Source of the DNA: Octopus vulgaris
Taxonomy: Eukaryota
Length of the DNA: 64,000 nt
Reading direction: 5' to 3'
Assembly (NCBI GenBank): GCA_951406725.2
Contig: OX597824.1
Span: 36,642,001-36,706,000, forward strand
Under the pieces are notes generated by a model, which was not told where the DNA came from, searched no databases, and was given only the letters and a program-made list of their open reading frames with translations. Of the stretch, positions 14,336 through 26,106 are shown one piece after another. Position 1 is the first letter of the stretch. Every line of letters begins with the position of its first letter. The position numbers and the translations under genes were made by a program.

Positions 14336-15417
14336 AAATGTGAGTTAAGTGTAATTATTAATGACACAAAATGACACCAGTTGAAAAATAAATACTGGCA
14401 ACTTCTTATCTAGTTAGGAGGCATTCTATTGATTCAACAATAGGATACTTCAAAATTAGCCAAGTCATGTGTTTACTAACATTTATGAACATAAATTATG
14501 TTAATAAATATAGTAAACCACGTGAAAAATAATAAATGTACAAAGATCACATTGTGAAACATATACTTTTGCTTTGGTTATGAAAAGTAGTTTCATAAAG
14601 TGCATTTTGGTTTGTTGACATTCCAGTTTTATTTTTGACAAGAATCTGGCAGCCAATCATTGAATCAGGCTTCAGAGAGCCTCAATTCAATAAACCAGTC
14701 ATCTCACATTAAAATATATCAGACACAAAACAATAGATAACAGCATACATTCATATTTCATACAAACACTCATACTGAAACATGTCATATAAAGCCAGAT
14801 TCCAGACACTGGAATTACATTTAAATAACTGATGTGTTTGATATTCTTTGTTGGAGATATAATCACATACATCAGTCATTTTTAGTGGATTATTATAATC
14901 AATAGCGGGAAATAGTTTATCATAAAACATTAAGCAAATATAATTCTCCAAATATTTGAGGATGATCACAAGACTCTGTGGATGTACAAGAAAAAGAAAA
15001 ATTTTAAATGACAATTATGGTCAGGTCAGGAAACAGGGGCATGTGCCATTGCAGAGCATTGTTACTTTCATTATTTGTCAGTATATCCCTGGGTCTTCCC
15101 AGGCAACTCATCAAGTAGAGGCTTGATTAGTTTCCATCTCTGAGAGATACCTCTTCATTTACCATGGCATATGATTAACCAACACAAGCTGTCAATCCAG
15201 CCGAATCCTCAGTGAAGAGAACACAGTACGTAAGGTCTAAGTCTCTCTCTGCTGACAGTTGTGACTAAACTAAAATTATTTGTTCATTTAGACCAGTGGT
15301 TTTCAACGGAGGTCCATATAAGATTTTGTCTTTAAAATTTATGTGCAATAAATTTTTTATACTTCTACAATACACAAAAATATTTAACCACTTTTTTTAT
15401 ATAATTCCTAATAATAT

Positions 15418-15760
15418 TTAACCTTTTAGTGTTTAGATTATTGTCAAATGTAATGCTTATCTATTCACATTGATTTGAATTAAAACATGAATTATCTTGT
15501 AGCTTCAAGATTTTTATGATGTGACTGGTTATAATTTTAGAATGACATTGTAGGTTAAGTGTGACAGTGTAGGGTAAGACTAATGACAGTGTAGAGTAAG
15601 GCCTATTAGAACAATGTAGGGTAAGGCCTAATATCAGTGTCGGAAAGGCCTATTTGAACAGTGTAGGGTAAGGCCTATTTGAATAGTGTAGGGTGTGGCC
15701 TAATGACAGTTTGAACATAAAACAGGTAGGATATGGCTGGTTTAGATACTAAAGGGTTAA
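15418..15760. mobile_element. piggyBac-type MITE with internal minisatellite expansion
   Basis: TTAA-ccttttagtgttta ... tagatactaaaggg-TTAA. About six 22-26 bp cagtgtagggtaaggcctat units at 15563-15712. Confidence 0.7.
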
Positions 15761-15785
15761 TAATAAAAGTATAATATCTTTAAGT

Positions 15786-16085
15786 GGAGGCACATGGCCT
15801 AGTGGTTAGAGCAGTGGACTCGCGGTCGAGGGATTACGGGTTTGAATCTCAGACTGTGCGATGTGTATGTTTATGAGTGAAACACCTAAGCTCCACACAG
15901 CTCCAGCAGAAGGTAATGGCGAACTTCTGCTGACCCTTTCACCACAACTTTCTCTCTCACTATTTCTTCCTGCATCATGCAGCTCACCTGCAACGGACCA
16001 GTGTCCTGTCCAGGTGGGGAACCTATACACCAAGGAAACCAGGAAACCAGCCCTTATGAGCCAGGCATGGCTTGAGAAAGAACAA
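15786..16085 (+). mobile_element. tRNA-derived SINE family B
   Basis: ggaggcacaTGGCCTAGTGGttagagc ... GGTTTGAATCtc. The body matches 33040-33228 in reverse orientation. Confidence 0.75.
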
Positions 16086-16985
16086 ACAATCTTTATCTGA
16101 ACATCAAATGATTATCAGGGTTCATCCGAGTGAAACAAGAATCAAGGGGGGTCCACAGAAAAAAAAAAAAAAAAAAGGCTGAGAAACTCTTAGACCATTT
16201 CTGAGAGTTGGAAACATATAATTCCTGTTATGATGTTAGGGTTTCTTTGCAACATTTCATTTTCTTATAGTATTTTATTGACAAGTCTGGTAGAGCCCAA
16301 CATTCTACATGCTTTTGAATATGGATTAAAATCACAGGTAAAGGGAAGTGACTGAATAGGAATTTTTCAGGTATCACAGGTTTGGCTTGTTACCATAGCT
16401 TTGCTACCATTCCACCAATTCATCCAAGAGAAATATTTCACCATTGCTGTTTCATCACATGATTTTATTTTCCTTACAGCACTAATTCTATCTAAGAGTC
16501 TTACAACAATATCACTATTCAATGTAATGTTTAAGATGCTGAATAAGAAATGCTTAATACCACGGTGACAATGAGGATAATAGAAATACCATATGATTAT
16601 AATAATAGAATATTATTATGGTAAATCTTAAAGCAGTGCTGCAGTGTACAATGGCCATTTTGTACTGTATTTTTCAAATGTTGTAGATTAAGTATGAAGG
16701 GAAGGTTGGTTCCATCATTATCGACCAACTTTTTCTCCACTCCAACAAATTCTTTATTTCCTTAACCATTTTTTTTGTTTTTTGTAAGGCATTTAACTGG
16801 CAGCTGTCAGACGATCAGAACAATAGACCCTAATATGACTTCTGTCACTCATAGCTTACAAACAAGAGGTGGAAAACTACATTATTTCAACACAGTTCAA
16901 AATATTATGTCAATAATATGCGACAACTTATTTCAGCAATAACACAAATAGAAGGGATGATAACAGTGGCAATGGGTCTGACACA

Positions 16986-17046
<61 letters not shown>

Positions 17047-17775
17047 CGATGATGATGACAACGACGACGACGAAGATGATGATGATGAGGTGGAGGTGGA
17101 GAAGGAGGAGGAGGAGGAGTAACTAGCATGTCTTTAGGGTAAGATGATTCTGTATGGTTTGGCTTACCAAACTGGAGAATAAATAGCAGTGTTCTCTGGA
17201 AATATTACGTTTGGTTCATTAGTATTCTACTGTGATTTGTAGCGTTTGTTTCTCATTTGCATAACAAATACTTCCCCCATTTTCCTGTTGTTCAAGGATA
17301 AAGGTCTTTTTTCATTTACTTAGTGCAAATATATCAACATCATATGTCAAAGTTCCCAAGTAAAAAAAAAAAAAATAGCAGATTTGTATCAGAGAGTAAA
17401 ACAATAAATAAAAATATTTGTGCGAGAAGCCCAACTCCACTCCACCCCATAACACCCTCACCACTACCACCAAGACCTTAATTTTGGGACAAGACTGGAA
17501 GAAATTTCTGATGAAGTGTAACAGACTTGTATTACTGTGGCATAAGGATATTTACAGGAATCCTATTTACTTGAACATATATGCATGCATGCATGCATGT
17601 ACATATGTATGTATGTATGCATGTATGAACGTACATATATATATATGTCATTATTCAGTTTTATTTCAAGATTTCTTGCCAATAGAGAAAGAGCTGGTTT
17701 CTCACCTAGATCCAAGTCTCCTTCATTGGAATTTCAACAACATCAACAGGGTGTATATGTATGTATGTATGTATG

Positions 17776-17829
<54 letters not shown>

Positions 17830-18009
17830 GAGTGACTCCAAAAAAACAGAACCCATAAAAATTTTATTAAATCTTACAAAGGTCCAGCAAATTTGCTGGA
17901 CTTAAACTTCAGTTTGTGTAGGATCATTCCCTTTGCATAAAAGTCATGCTCTTTTCAAAATATGCTCCAAATATAGAATTTCAAGTGAAATAAATTCACT
18001 GATCTAAAA

Positions 18010-18451
18010 AATTAGAAATATTGCATTTCTAAATCTCTCAAAGAGACTTATGCAATTGCAGCACAATAAAGTGATGGTTTGTTGCCAACTTAATGTGGCA
18101 GTCCCAGGAAAGGGAAGAATGCTACTGCTATTTAGCCCCAGGAAATAAATTTACTGATCTACTGATCAGTGAATTTATTTCACTTGAAATTCTATAAGTT
18201 TTCAAAGGAGAATAAGCATCGACAGCTAGCAAGCCAAGCTACTCCAGAGTGATGAAGAGGGATGACTCTGAAACTAGTATCTGAATAGTGGCTTTGCTGG
18301 GTGGAGGTGCTTATTTCCCCTGTTTGAAAACTTAAGGACACAAAATGCTTGTGTCTCATAGCCAACTGGAAATGGTGTTTCCTGGGGCTAAATAGCAGTA
18401 GCGTTCTTCCCTTTCCTGGGACTGCCATATGAAGTTAGCAACAAACCATTG

Positions 18452-18452
<1 letters not shown>
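18010..18452 (+). mobile_element. Rod-like fold-back element with a hammerhead ribozyme motif at its apex
   Basis: Outer arms 18071-18145 / 18378-18452; inner arms 18195-18248 / 18280-18334; hammerhead core between them. Leader 18010-18070 is shared with ~3220-3278 and ~25500-25575. Confidence 0.7.
18245..18283 (+). ncRNA. Minimal type-I hammerhead ribozyme motif (C3 mutated to G)
   Basis: CAGA-GUGAUGA-AGAG ggauga CUCU-GAAA-C UA GUA-UCUG: stem I CAGA/UCUG, stem II AGAG/CUCU, palindromic stem III ACUAGU, GUA cleavage triplet. Confidence 0.65.
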
Positions 18453-18499
<47 letters not shown>

Positions 18500-18505
<6 letters not shown>

Positions 18506-18655
18506 CATCATCATCATTTAAGTCAATTTTCCATGGCTGGGGTCCACACCAAGCCCTATTGTCTGTTCTGGCATAGTTTCTATGGCTGGATGCCCTTCTT
18601 AATGCAACTCACTTCACAGAGTGTAGTGGGTGCTTTTTATGTGGCACCAGCATAT
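18500..18655 (-). mobile_element. RTE 3' tail fragment
   Basis: ttctatggctggatgcccttc ... gtgtagtgggtgctttttatgtggcacc. Confidence 0.65.
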
Positions 18656-18765
18656 ATGTATATTGATGATGATATATACATATATATATATGCATGTACA
18701 TATATGCATTCATATATATATACATATATATATATATATCTAGAGAGAGAGAGAGAGAGACATAC

Positions 18766-18820
<55 letters not shown>

Positions 18821-19034
18821 CATGTGCTTGTGTGTGTCCCCTCCTAATGATTATTCTTGAAGGAGACACATCATGAAGTGGAATTATTTATCAAATTGTC
18901 AAAGCTATGAAGTCATTATAAGATGCAAATCATTTAGCAGACTGACGACATACTGAATAAGAAATTAATAAAAAAAAAGATGAGCTTTATTGATGAACTG
19001 GTTGTCATAGATAACAACCTCCTAATAACAGTTT

Positions 19035-19035
<1 letters not shown>

Positions 19036-19091
<56 letters not shown>
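19036..19091. repeat. (TAA)n microsatellite
   Basis: Direct reading. Confidence 0.95.
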
Positions 19092-19092
<1 letters not shown>

Positions 19093-19196
19093 TTTGAGAA
19101 AGTCTTTGTTGTCAAATTTAGAATTGACCCTAATTAGTCCAACTGTAATGATATTGAGATCTTTTCCAATGGGTCTTGACAATGGTTTTCCTCTGG

Positions 19197-19266
19197 CTAT
19201 TGATTAGTGGACATAGTCGGACACTTCTCAGCAACAATTTCTTCTACATAATCTTGTAGAAGTCTA
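19197..19266 (-). CDS. Candidate terminal coding exon (RLLQDYVEEIVAEKCPTMSTNQ*)
   Basis: Long pyrimidine tract and acceptor (tttgtttgtttttcatttacatttactacag|T AGA CTT...). The phase-2 frame gives a helix-like peptide and a stop. AATAAA on the minus strand at 18986-18991. No phase-matching upstream neighbour was proven. Confidence 0.35.
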
Positions 19267-20310
19267 CTGTAGTAAATGTAAATGAAAAACAAACAAACAA
19301 ACAAAAGAGACACAGCAGAAGGGGATTAACAGATGTTATTGTCAAGACTGTTAGCACAAGGGAATCCAAAAACCCAGTCTTCACTGATGTAAGAAAAAAA
19401 GCTAGTAATACATTGTAAAATATGAGATCAATTTAGCTTATTGGTGAGTTTTTTCTCACTATCATCAGTTGTTAGCATCAGTATTATAAGTGGCAGCTGT
19501 AGTACCACTGCCAATAACACTAACACCATCACCACCACTGCCACCACCAATACCATCACTGATACTAATATCATTCCCCCTCCCCCGCCACCCCCAACTA
19601 CCACATTAACGAATGTCCTCCTTCGGAGGAAGGCACTTTGAATGCAGATTCGGTGCTGATTCATCTCTCAATGGTTCAATATAACTGAATAACAGTGAGT
19701 ATTGTAAAGATGTGATGCAAAAACTGAAATAGAATTCATTAACAAGGAAGCCAAACAAAATCAGAAATAACCTAAGCTATTTCTTTGAAGATCAACATTG
19801 TCAAAAATCAATGCAACTCCTGTAGAAATTATCATAAAGCTTCGAGAAAAAAAAAAAATAGAGAGAAATAGCATTTAATAAAATAACGCAAATTCTATCC
19901 TTTCTAATTAATTTCAAAATGATTATTCAATCATTCAATAATATTTGGAATAGAATTGTAAAACAAGATTTAACAGGAAAAAAAACTTAATAAGAGCAAC
20001 AAAAAATAAATAAATAAACCTCACTATCTAGGGGAGAAAAAAAATAACCATAAAAAGTGAGAAAAAAAGTTTTCCAGGAAACTCTGTATGTTTCTGGCTG
20101 TTAATTGTAAAAGATTTACATGAATTTGTGATGGTAGCTGGTGCCATAAAATAAGAAGTAAATTGCAAATAAGTTCAATCCACATGTACATAGGTTCAAT
20201 TCTTAGTTGCAGCTATTGAACTTTTCACTAATGCCACTATAATTTTTTTAGAAAAGCATGAACATCACTACTCTCTAGGTAAAAATGAATAAATGTTATA
20301 CATACAATGT

Positions 20311-20533
20311 TTAACCCTTTCATTACCAACACAGCCGAATCTGCCTCTGGCTCTGTAGTACAAATGTCTTGTTTTCTTAAGTTTTGAATTAAAATTTTCC
20401 ACCAAATCTTAGTCACAATTTATGTTACTAACACTAGCTTAATGGTAACTAAGTTATTTTTCTAAATTCTTTGTTATATTTAAAATAATTGAAAGAAACG
20501 CAGAGCATCTCAAAATAAATACGGTAATGAAAA
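20311..20533. mobile_element. piggyBac-type MITE, second family
   Basis: TTAA-ccctttcattacc ... ggtaatgaaa; the right end is truncated. Confidence 0.5.
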
Positions 20534-22489
20534 TAAAAAAGATATATGGTAAATCTTTTATAAAATGGAAAAAAAAAAATCTAATGTAAATCAGAAGATA
20601 TTTGTTAATAATACTGGCATCCATTTATGAAGGACAGTTACAATGAAATGTATTTACAAAATTAAACCTTAATTAAAACTTAACTTCTCACATCACTTTT
20701 ATGAAATTTCTCAAAAATGAGCTACAGCTCTGAATAGAACCTTGAATGCATCAGTGTTTCTCAGAACCCATATTTCTTTCCAATAAGTCAGTTTCTATCA
20801 ATACTAAATTTCTAGCTTCCAAAATCTGCACTGACTTCAACAGTTTGTTTCTTTTTGCTCATTTGTTCATCATCAGGTCATTTTTTTTTTTTATCCCTAA
20901 TCTCTATTTCTTTTATTCTGAAGACAAAACTAAACAACTGTCTCCTGAAAATCCTGGTTATGTATATAATTAACCGAATTCTTTTCCAGTCATACCAAAC
21001 TCATTTTTCTCTTCTTATAGACCATTTTTATCAGAAAAGACATTTGCATGATGGTACAATGTTTTTTCTGTGGGTCACAGATGGGTCAACAATTTATATC
21101 TTGCCTCCCAATATGGTACTGCTACATCTAAGGTCCAGTCATTTAACTGATAAACTCAAACAAACTGTAAAATAATAACAGGAGAAAGAAAAGCAGATAC
21201 CTGGTAAATGTTTCATTAATTTGTTGATCTGAACTTAAATCTTACTTTGAGTATAACCTAGCAAGGATCAACTTTTACCAAATAAACTGTTGTTGAACAT
21301 GGAAAGTGAAGTTTTAAATGATACCCTAAGGACCAAACCTAAAGAGTTGAAGAATTCTAAAACATCATCTAATGTATGCAGCATGCTTGCTTGAAACCTC
21401 ACCTAGCTTATAGGGACCTTTATCAGAGTTCGCTGTGTGACATATCTTCATGTCAGGTCCTTGTTTGAATATATCTTCCTCCTTTCCTCCAACCAATCTG
21501 TAGAGGCCATAGAAAAGGTTCTGAGTTTTGCTCTTCCTTTTTTTTTTATTTTTCACTGTTTTCCTGAATTCCCATGACTCTCTGTCACCACCCAATTCCA
21601 TTATAAATTTGAATTGGAAACTTGAGTCATAATGAATTTTTCATTAGCTGATTACACAACCATGGATGCTACCCCTATGGATGTATTACTATCTTGATAG
21701 AACTTGGTGATCCTGACCATTTATCTCCAAGGATTCCACCACTCAGCATCAGTGTAAGAAGCACCATTGACTCAGTTGAGCTCTTCTACTACCTCTTCCC
21801 AATCTGCCATGCTACAGTCCCATGACTTTGCCATATCCTTAGCAGGGTGACTGAATGAGTGCTATGCCTTGCCAAAGGAATATACAGGGCACTCATTGGG
21901 GTATTTTCAAAATACCTGCATACCAGTTAATACCTGCATATCTGCATTCTTTTTTTAAACCATTAAAAAAGAACCATAAAAAAATATTAGTTACCATTTT
22001 TAATTAACTAAGTCACAAGACACAAGAATCAGTAAAGAAAAAATATAATGCAACATTTGTGACCATATTTGGAAAAGTATGGCTCACTTATAGAGGCAAA
22101 GAAATAAGGGCCAGCATCATATAAAACCTTAACCCAATGAAAAGAGTAGCATTTGTTTGCCACTACCAAATACAGAACAGACAGTTTAAATAATATTTAG
22201 AGTGTAATTTCAATATTAGGATTTGAATTTGTTATAAAAGAAAACCAGATTTCGCACATGAATTATGTACCACCATCATAAATGCTAGAGCAGTCACCAT
22301 CTTAGCATATAACACACAAAATCTCATGATCAGACTTCTTGACCTTTCACTCAATTCTATTATTTAACAGTGATGACATAGTGGTTAGGGTATTCACTTC
22401 ACAGTCATAAGGTCATGAATTCGATTCCTGGTGGCATGCTGCATCCTTGAGTGGGAAGGGACATATATGGGAAATTTAAACAATTGTCA

Positions 22490-23000
22490 TGTTGTGATAC
22501 TTGGAGAACCATCCATGAAATAATCCAAATCATATGGTACTTCTGCTCATCTAACCTTCACTGGAATTGCTTCCTGATATTAGATCCATTTACCCAGACT
22601 TCATAGAATTAATTTGGTGGAAATACAAACCATTTCTCCTTGTCATCATCATCATCTTCAATAGATTTTAAAATATGAAACAGGATCTCTCTCATAACTC
22701 TTTCAATTCTGCTCTACACCAATCCTTTTAGCTATTCATCAATTGTTAGGTTGTAGTTAACCTGACACGCCCTACTTAATAACCAATTCCAGTCGCTCTG
22801 TATTCAGTAAAAGAAGGTTTATTGTTCCATTTCCTAATTTATATCAGTGTCCACTTGTTAATGGAATTTCAAAATTTCAAACATCCTAAAACTGTCTCTG
22901 CCCATTATCTTTTGGAAATTAACATTCATCATATCTTTTACTAAAATTCAACAAAGTACCTTAAATTTGGCTCAATATCTGTTTCTTTAATGTTGCAATC
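22490..23000 (-). pseudogene. Possible decayed Helitron PIF1-helicase fragment
   Basis: Minus-strand remnants in RepHel order: KDMMNVNF (~RDIMxxxxPFGG), AETVLGCLK (~ADIVxACLK), KLGNGT (~IGNG), RKQF..RL (~RRQFPVRL). Confidence 0.4.
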
Positions 23001-23363
23001 TATTTTATGGCGCTTACCCCCCCCCCCCCCCACTAAACCCAATACCAGTCTCTGTTTGGCTGAGTGTAAAGTTGATAAAATCAATATGTTATTAATATTT
23101 TATAAAGGATGAAAAGAGGAAAAGTGAAACAGACTCAGGAAGACACTCAACTGCAAAGCAAAAAATCTAAAACAATGAAGTTTTTAGTCTGATCTGCACT
23201 GCAACATTGCACTATGTCACATACCACAGCACTATGTCACATATCGCACCACTGCAACACATCACACATTACAGTACTGTATCACTCTATACTAAAATAC
23301 TATTACTACTACTGCTGCTGCTGCTGCTGCTGATGATGATGATGCTACAACTACTACTACTAC

Positions 23364-23782
23364 TACCTATTTCTTTATTACCCACAAGGGGCTAAACACA
23401 GAGGGGACAAACAAGGACAGACATAGGTATTAAGTCGATTACATCGACCCCAGTGCGTAACTGGTACTTAATTTATCGACCCCGAAAGGATGAAAGGCAA
23501 AGTTGACCTCAGCGGAATTTGAACTCACAACGTAACGCAGACGAAATACCTATTTCTTTATTACCCACAAGGGGCTAAACATAGAGGGGACAAACAAGGA
23601 CAGACATAGGTATTAAGTCGATTACATCGACCCCAGTGCGTAACTGGTACTTAATTTATCGACCCCGAAAGGATGAAAGGCAAAGTCGACCTCAGTGGAA
23701 TTTGAACTCACAACGTAACGCAGACGAAATACCGCTAAGCATTTCGCCCAGCGTGCTAACGTTTCTGCCAGCTCGCTGCCTT
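23364..23782 (-). mobile_element. Meta-domain SINE, dimeric (two ~183-bp units)
   Basis: Minus strand head aaggcagcgagctggcagaaacgttagcac, core GCCTTTCATCCTTTCGGGGTCGATAAATTAAGTACCAG (MetaSINE-like). The unit starts at 23364 and repeats at 23547. Confidence 0.8.
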
Positions 23783-24154
23783 ACTACCACTACTACTACT
23801 GCCACCACTACTACTACTGCTGCTGCTGCTGCTCCATCCCTAAAGTATTATCTTAGAAGTGTCATGTCTCAATATTTCACCAAACACTGTTCTATGAAAT
23901 TATAATAACAACAGCAACAAAACAAGTAACAGTAAGCAGAAGAAAAAACAATATAAGAAACTAAACAGGTTTTACAACTGATGTGTTTTGTTTTTCTTCC
24001 TAGGAAATACGTGCCAAAAGGGAGCCCTCGATCACAAAATGTTTAGTATTTGTGAATGCAGAGAATAAAGAACTTTGTCAGTTCATTTGATGAGTAAAAG
24101 AACAAATGTATTAACTGAAGTATTTTATGGGGAATCAAACAAAATCTCAATACC

Positions 24155-24155
<1 letters not shown>

Positions 24156-24212
<57 letters not shown>

Positions 24213-24216
24213 TAAC

Positions 24217-24276
<60 letters not shown>

Positions 24277-24463
24277 CATAGCAGCTCCAGAAAACAGTGT
24301 TATTAGGGAGGGCTAGGATATTTAGAAGGGTTCCTGACATCTAAGGTTACTTGTTGTAACCCAGTAGGAGGGTTCTTGGCATCTAAGGCTACTTGCTATA
24401 ACTCAAAGTTAGGATTCTTTTCTTTTCCAACAGTCTAATTTGTTGAGTGTATATGAAAATAAA

Positions 24464-24523
<60 letters not shown>
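24156..24523 (+). mobile_element. 3' end of an R4/Dong-clade (RLE) LINE embedded in (TAA)n
   Basis: ~24288-24344 encodes QKTVLLGRARIFRRVPDI* (~QKxxLLGTARILRRVL). (TAA)n at 24156-24275 and 24465-24523. ~43-bp duplication around the stop codon. Confidence 0.7.
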
Positions 24524-24576
24524 TTCATTTATTTGCCATTAGAGGAAAGGATGAGAGGAATGCCAAGGTGCAGTAC

Positions 24577-25052
24577 CAAGAGCTGGCTCTCATAGCTTCT
24601 GATCTTAACTGATTGGAAGTGTTATCTTGTACATGTTTTGTCTTGGTGTAAAAGATGGGCTATAGCAAATATTCTGCTTGTCAGTTGTCTGACCTCAACC
24701 AGTCGAGCATGTCCCTGAGTGGCTGACGATATGTGCATCTCTGAGCCATGTGTTGAAAGGAATTCTTTGGGGTTTGAATAATTCACCTCTGGAAACATGG
24801 GTGTTTTGTTCAACATCTATCAACAACCCTTATTCGGAGACCTTTTGTGCAGGATAGGTTCCTTGACCTGAAGAAAACTCTAACTGAGCACCACCTGCAA
24901 GGTCATGCACTGTTTATCTTGATATAAAATCACTATATCATGCACATATAGTTATTATGTATGTGCCTCATATACCCTTATCAGACAGGTAGTTATGATG
25001 GGTATATTGGGCTTCATATTACTCTAGTGTCGCTCTCTCACTCAATAATAAT
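24577..25052 (+). mobile_element. Interspersed retro-repeat ending in (AAT)n
   Basis: Reverse homologue at 46982-47512. Confidence 0.65.
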
Positions 25053-25133
25053 GATAACAACAAAAACAACAGACATCACTTTAGCATATGTTTTAATGTG
25101 ATGAGAATGGTATTGGTAATGATGGTGGCTATG

Positions 25134-25721
25134 ATCTTTTATCTTTTACTTGTTTCAGTTATTAGACTGTGGCCATGGTGGGGCACCACCTTGGAGAATT
25201 TTTAGTTGAATGAATCAACCCCAGTAATTATTTTTTTAAGCCTGGTGCTTTATCAGTCCCTTTTGCTGAACTGGAATGTTATGGAGACATAAACACATCA
25301 GCACTAGCTGTCATGTAATGTTGGGTGTCAAACAAAAACACGAATATATATATATATATATATATATTATGATATTCTATATAATATGTTTATTGAAGAA
25401 TTATCTCTTCAAAATTTAATATATTAAACCAGTGTATCTTGGATAAATATCCCTTATAAGAGATTTGAATATTCTCATTGTGACTAATATATATATATAT
25501 AAATATTAATATTTCTAAATCTCTCTAAAGGAGACTACGGCAGTGGTACTGTATATTAATAGTTATCACCAAGTTAACATAGCTTTCGTCCTGTTTACCA
25601 TATCCATACACATGGCTTTGGTAAGCCAGTGGCTAAAGTGGAAGACAACTTACCCAATGTGCCACACAGTGGGACTGAACTCAGAACTATGTGGTTGGGG
25701 AGCAAATTACTTACTACACAA
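25134..25721 (-). mobile_element. SINE family A split by AT-rich insertions at ~25345-25590
   Basis: Tail half at 25134-25340, head half at 25590-25721. Confidence 0.7.
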
Positions 25722-26014
25722 CCAGAGTGTTTTAAAACAAATGTGATGAAGATGATGAGGATGAGGATGAAAGATTATATCCTGACAATACTGTGTGCAA
25801 TTAATAACATTGTTTTACTTATTCATGTATGTGTGGTTAAACACACACACACACATACACACACACGACTGAGGGATTTGTGCATGGCACTTAAACTGAT
25901 AAGCGTCATCCACAAAGTTCTTGGCCCTTGAGTTACTTTTGTAACTTCTATCCATTTAAAATATAAAAATATAAACATTCATGTATTGAATTCTATTTCT
26001 CATGATTGTTCTAT

Positions 26015-26017
<3 letters not shown>

Positions 26018-26103
<86 letters not shown>

Positions 26104-26106
26104 ACA
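26018..26106. repeat. (CA)n microsatellite
   Basis: Direct reading. Confidence 0.95.

Larger units (their letters stand above)
15293..16190. mobile_element. hAT-type MITE carrying a nested piggyBac MITE and a SINE
   Basis: cagtggttttcaac ... gctgagaaactc ends with ttagac on both flanks. Internal sequence is related to 54025-54964. Confidence 0.55.

Noticed and set aside
15786-15860. tRNA genes at SINE heads
   Set aside because: A and B boxes are present, but they continue into SINE bodies and do not form complete cloverleafs.
19605-19723. Possible minus-strand exon after the ctatttcag acceptor
   Set aside because: The phase-0 frame stops quickly, the other frames show no recognisable similarity, and there is no good donor.
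20720-21900. Possible degraded LINE sequence (also 62480-63000 and 63600-63960)
   Set aside because: Composition suggests decayed coding sequence, but no diagnostic motif could be read.
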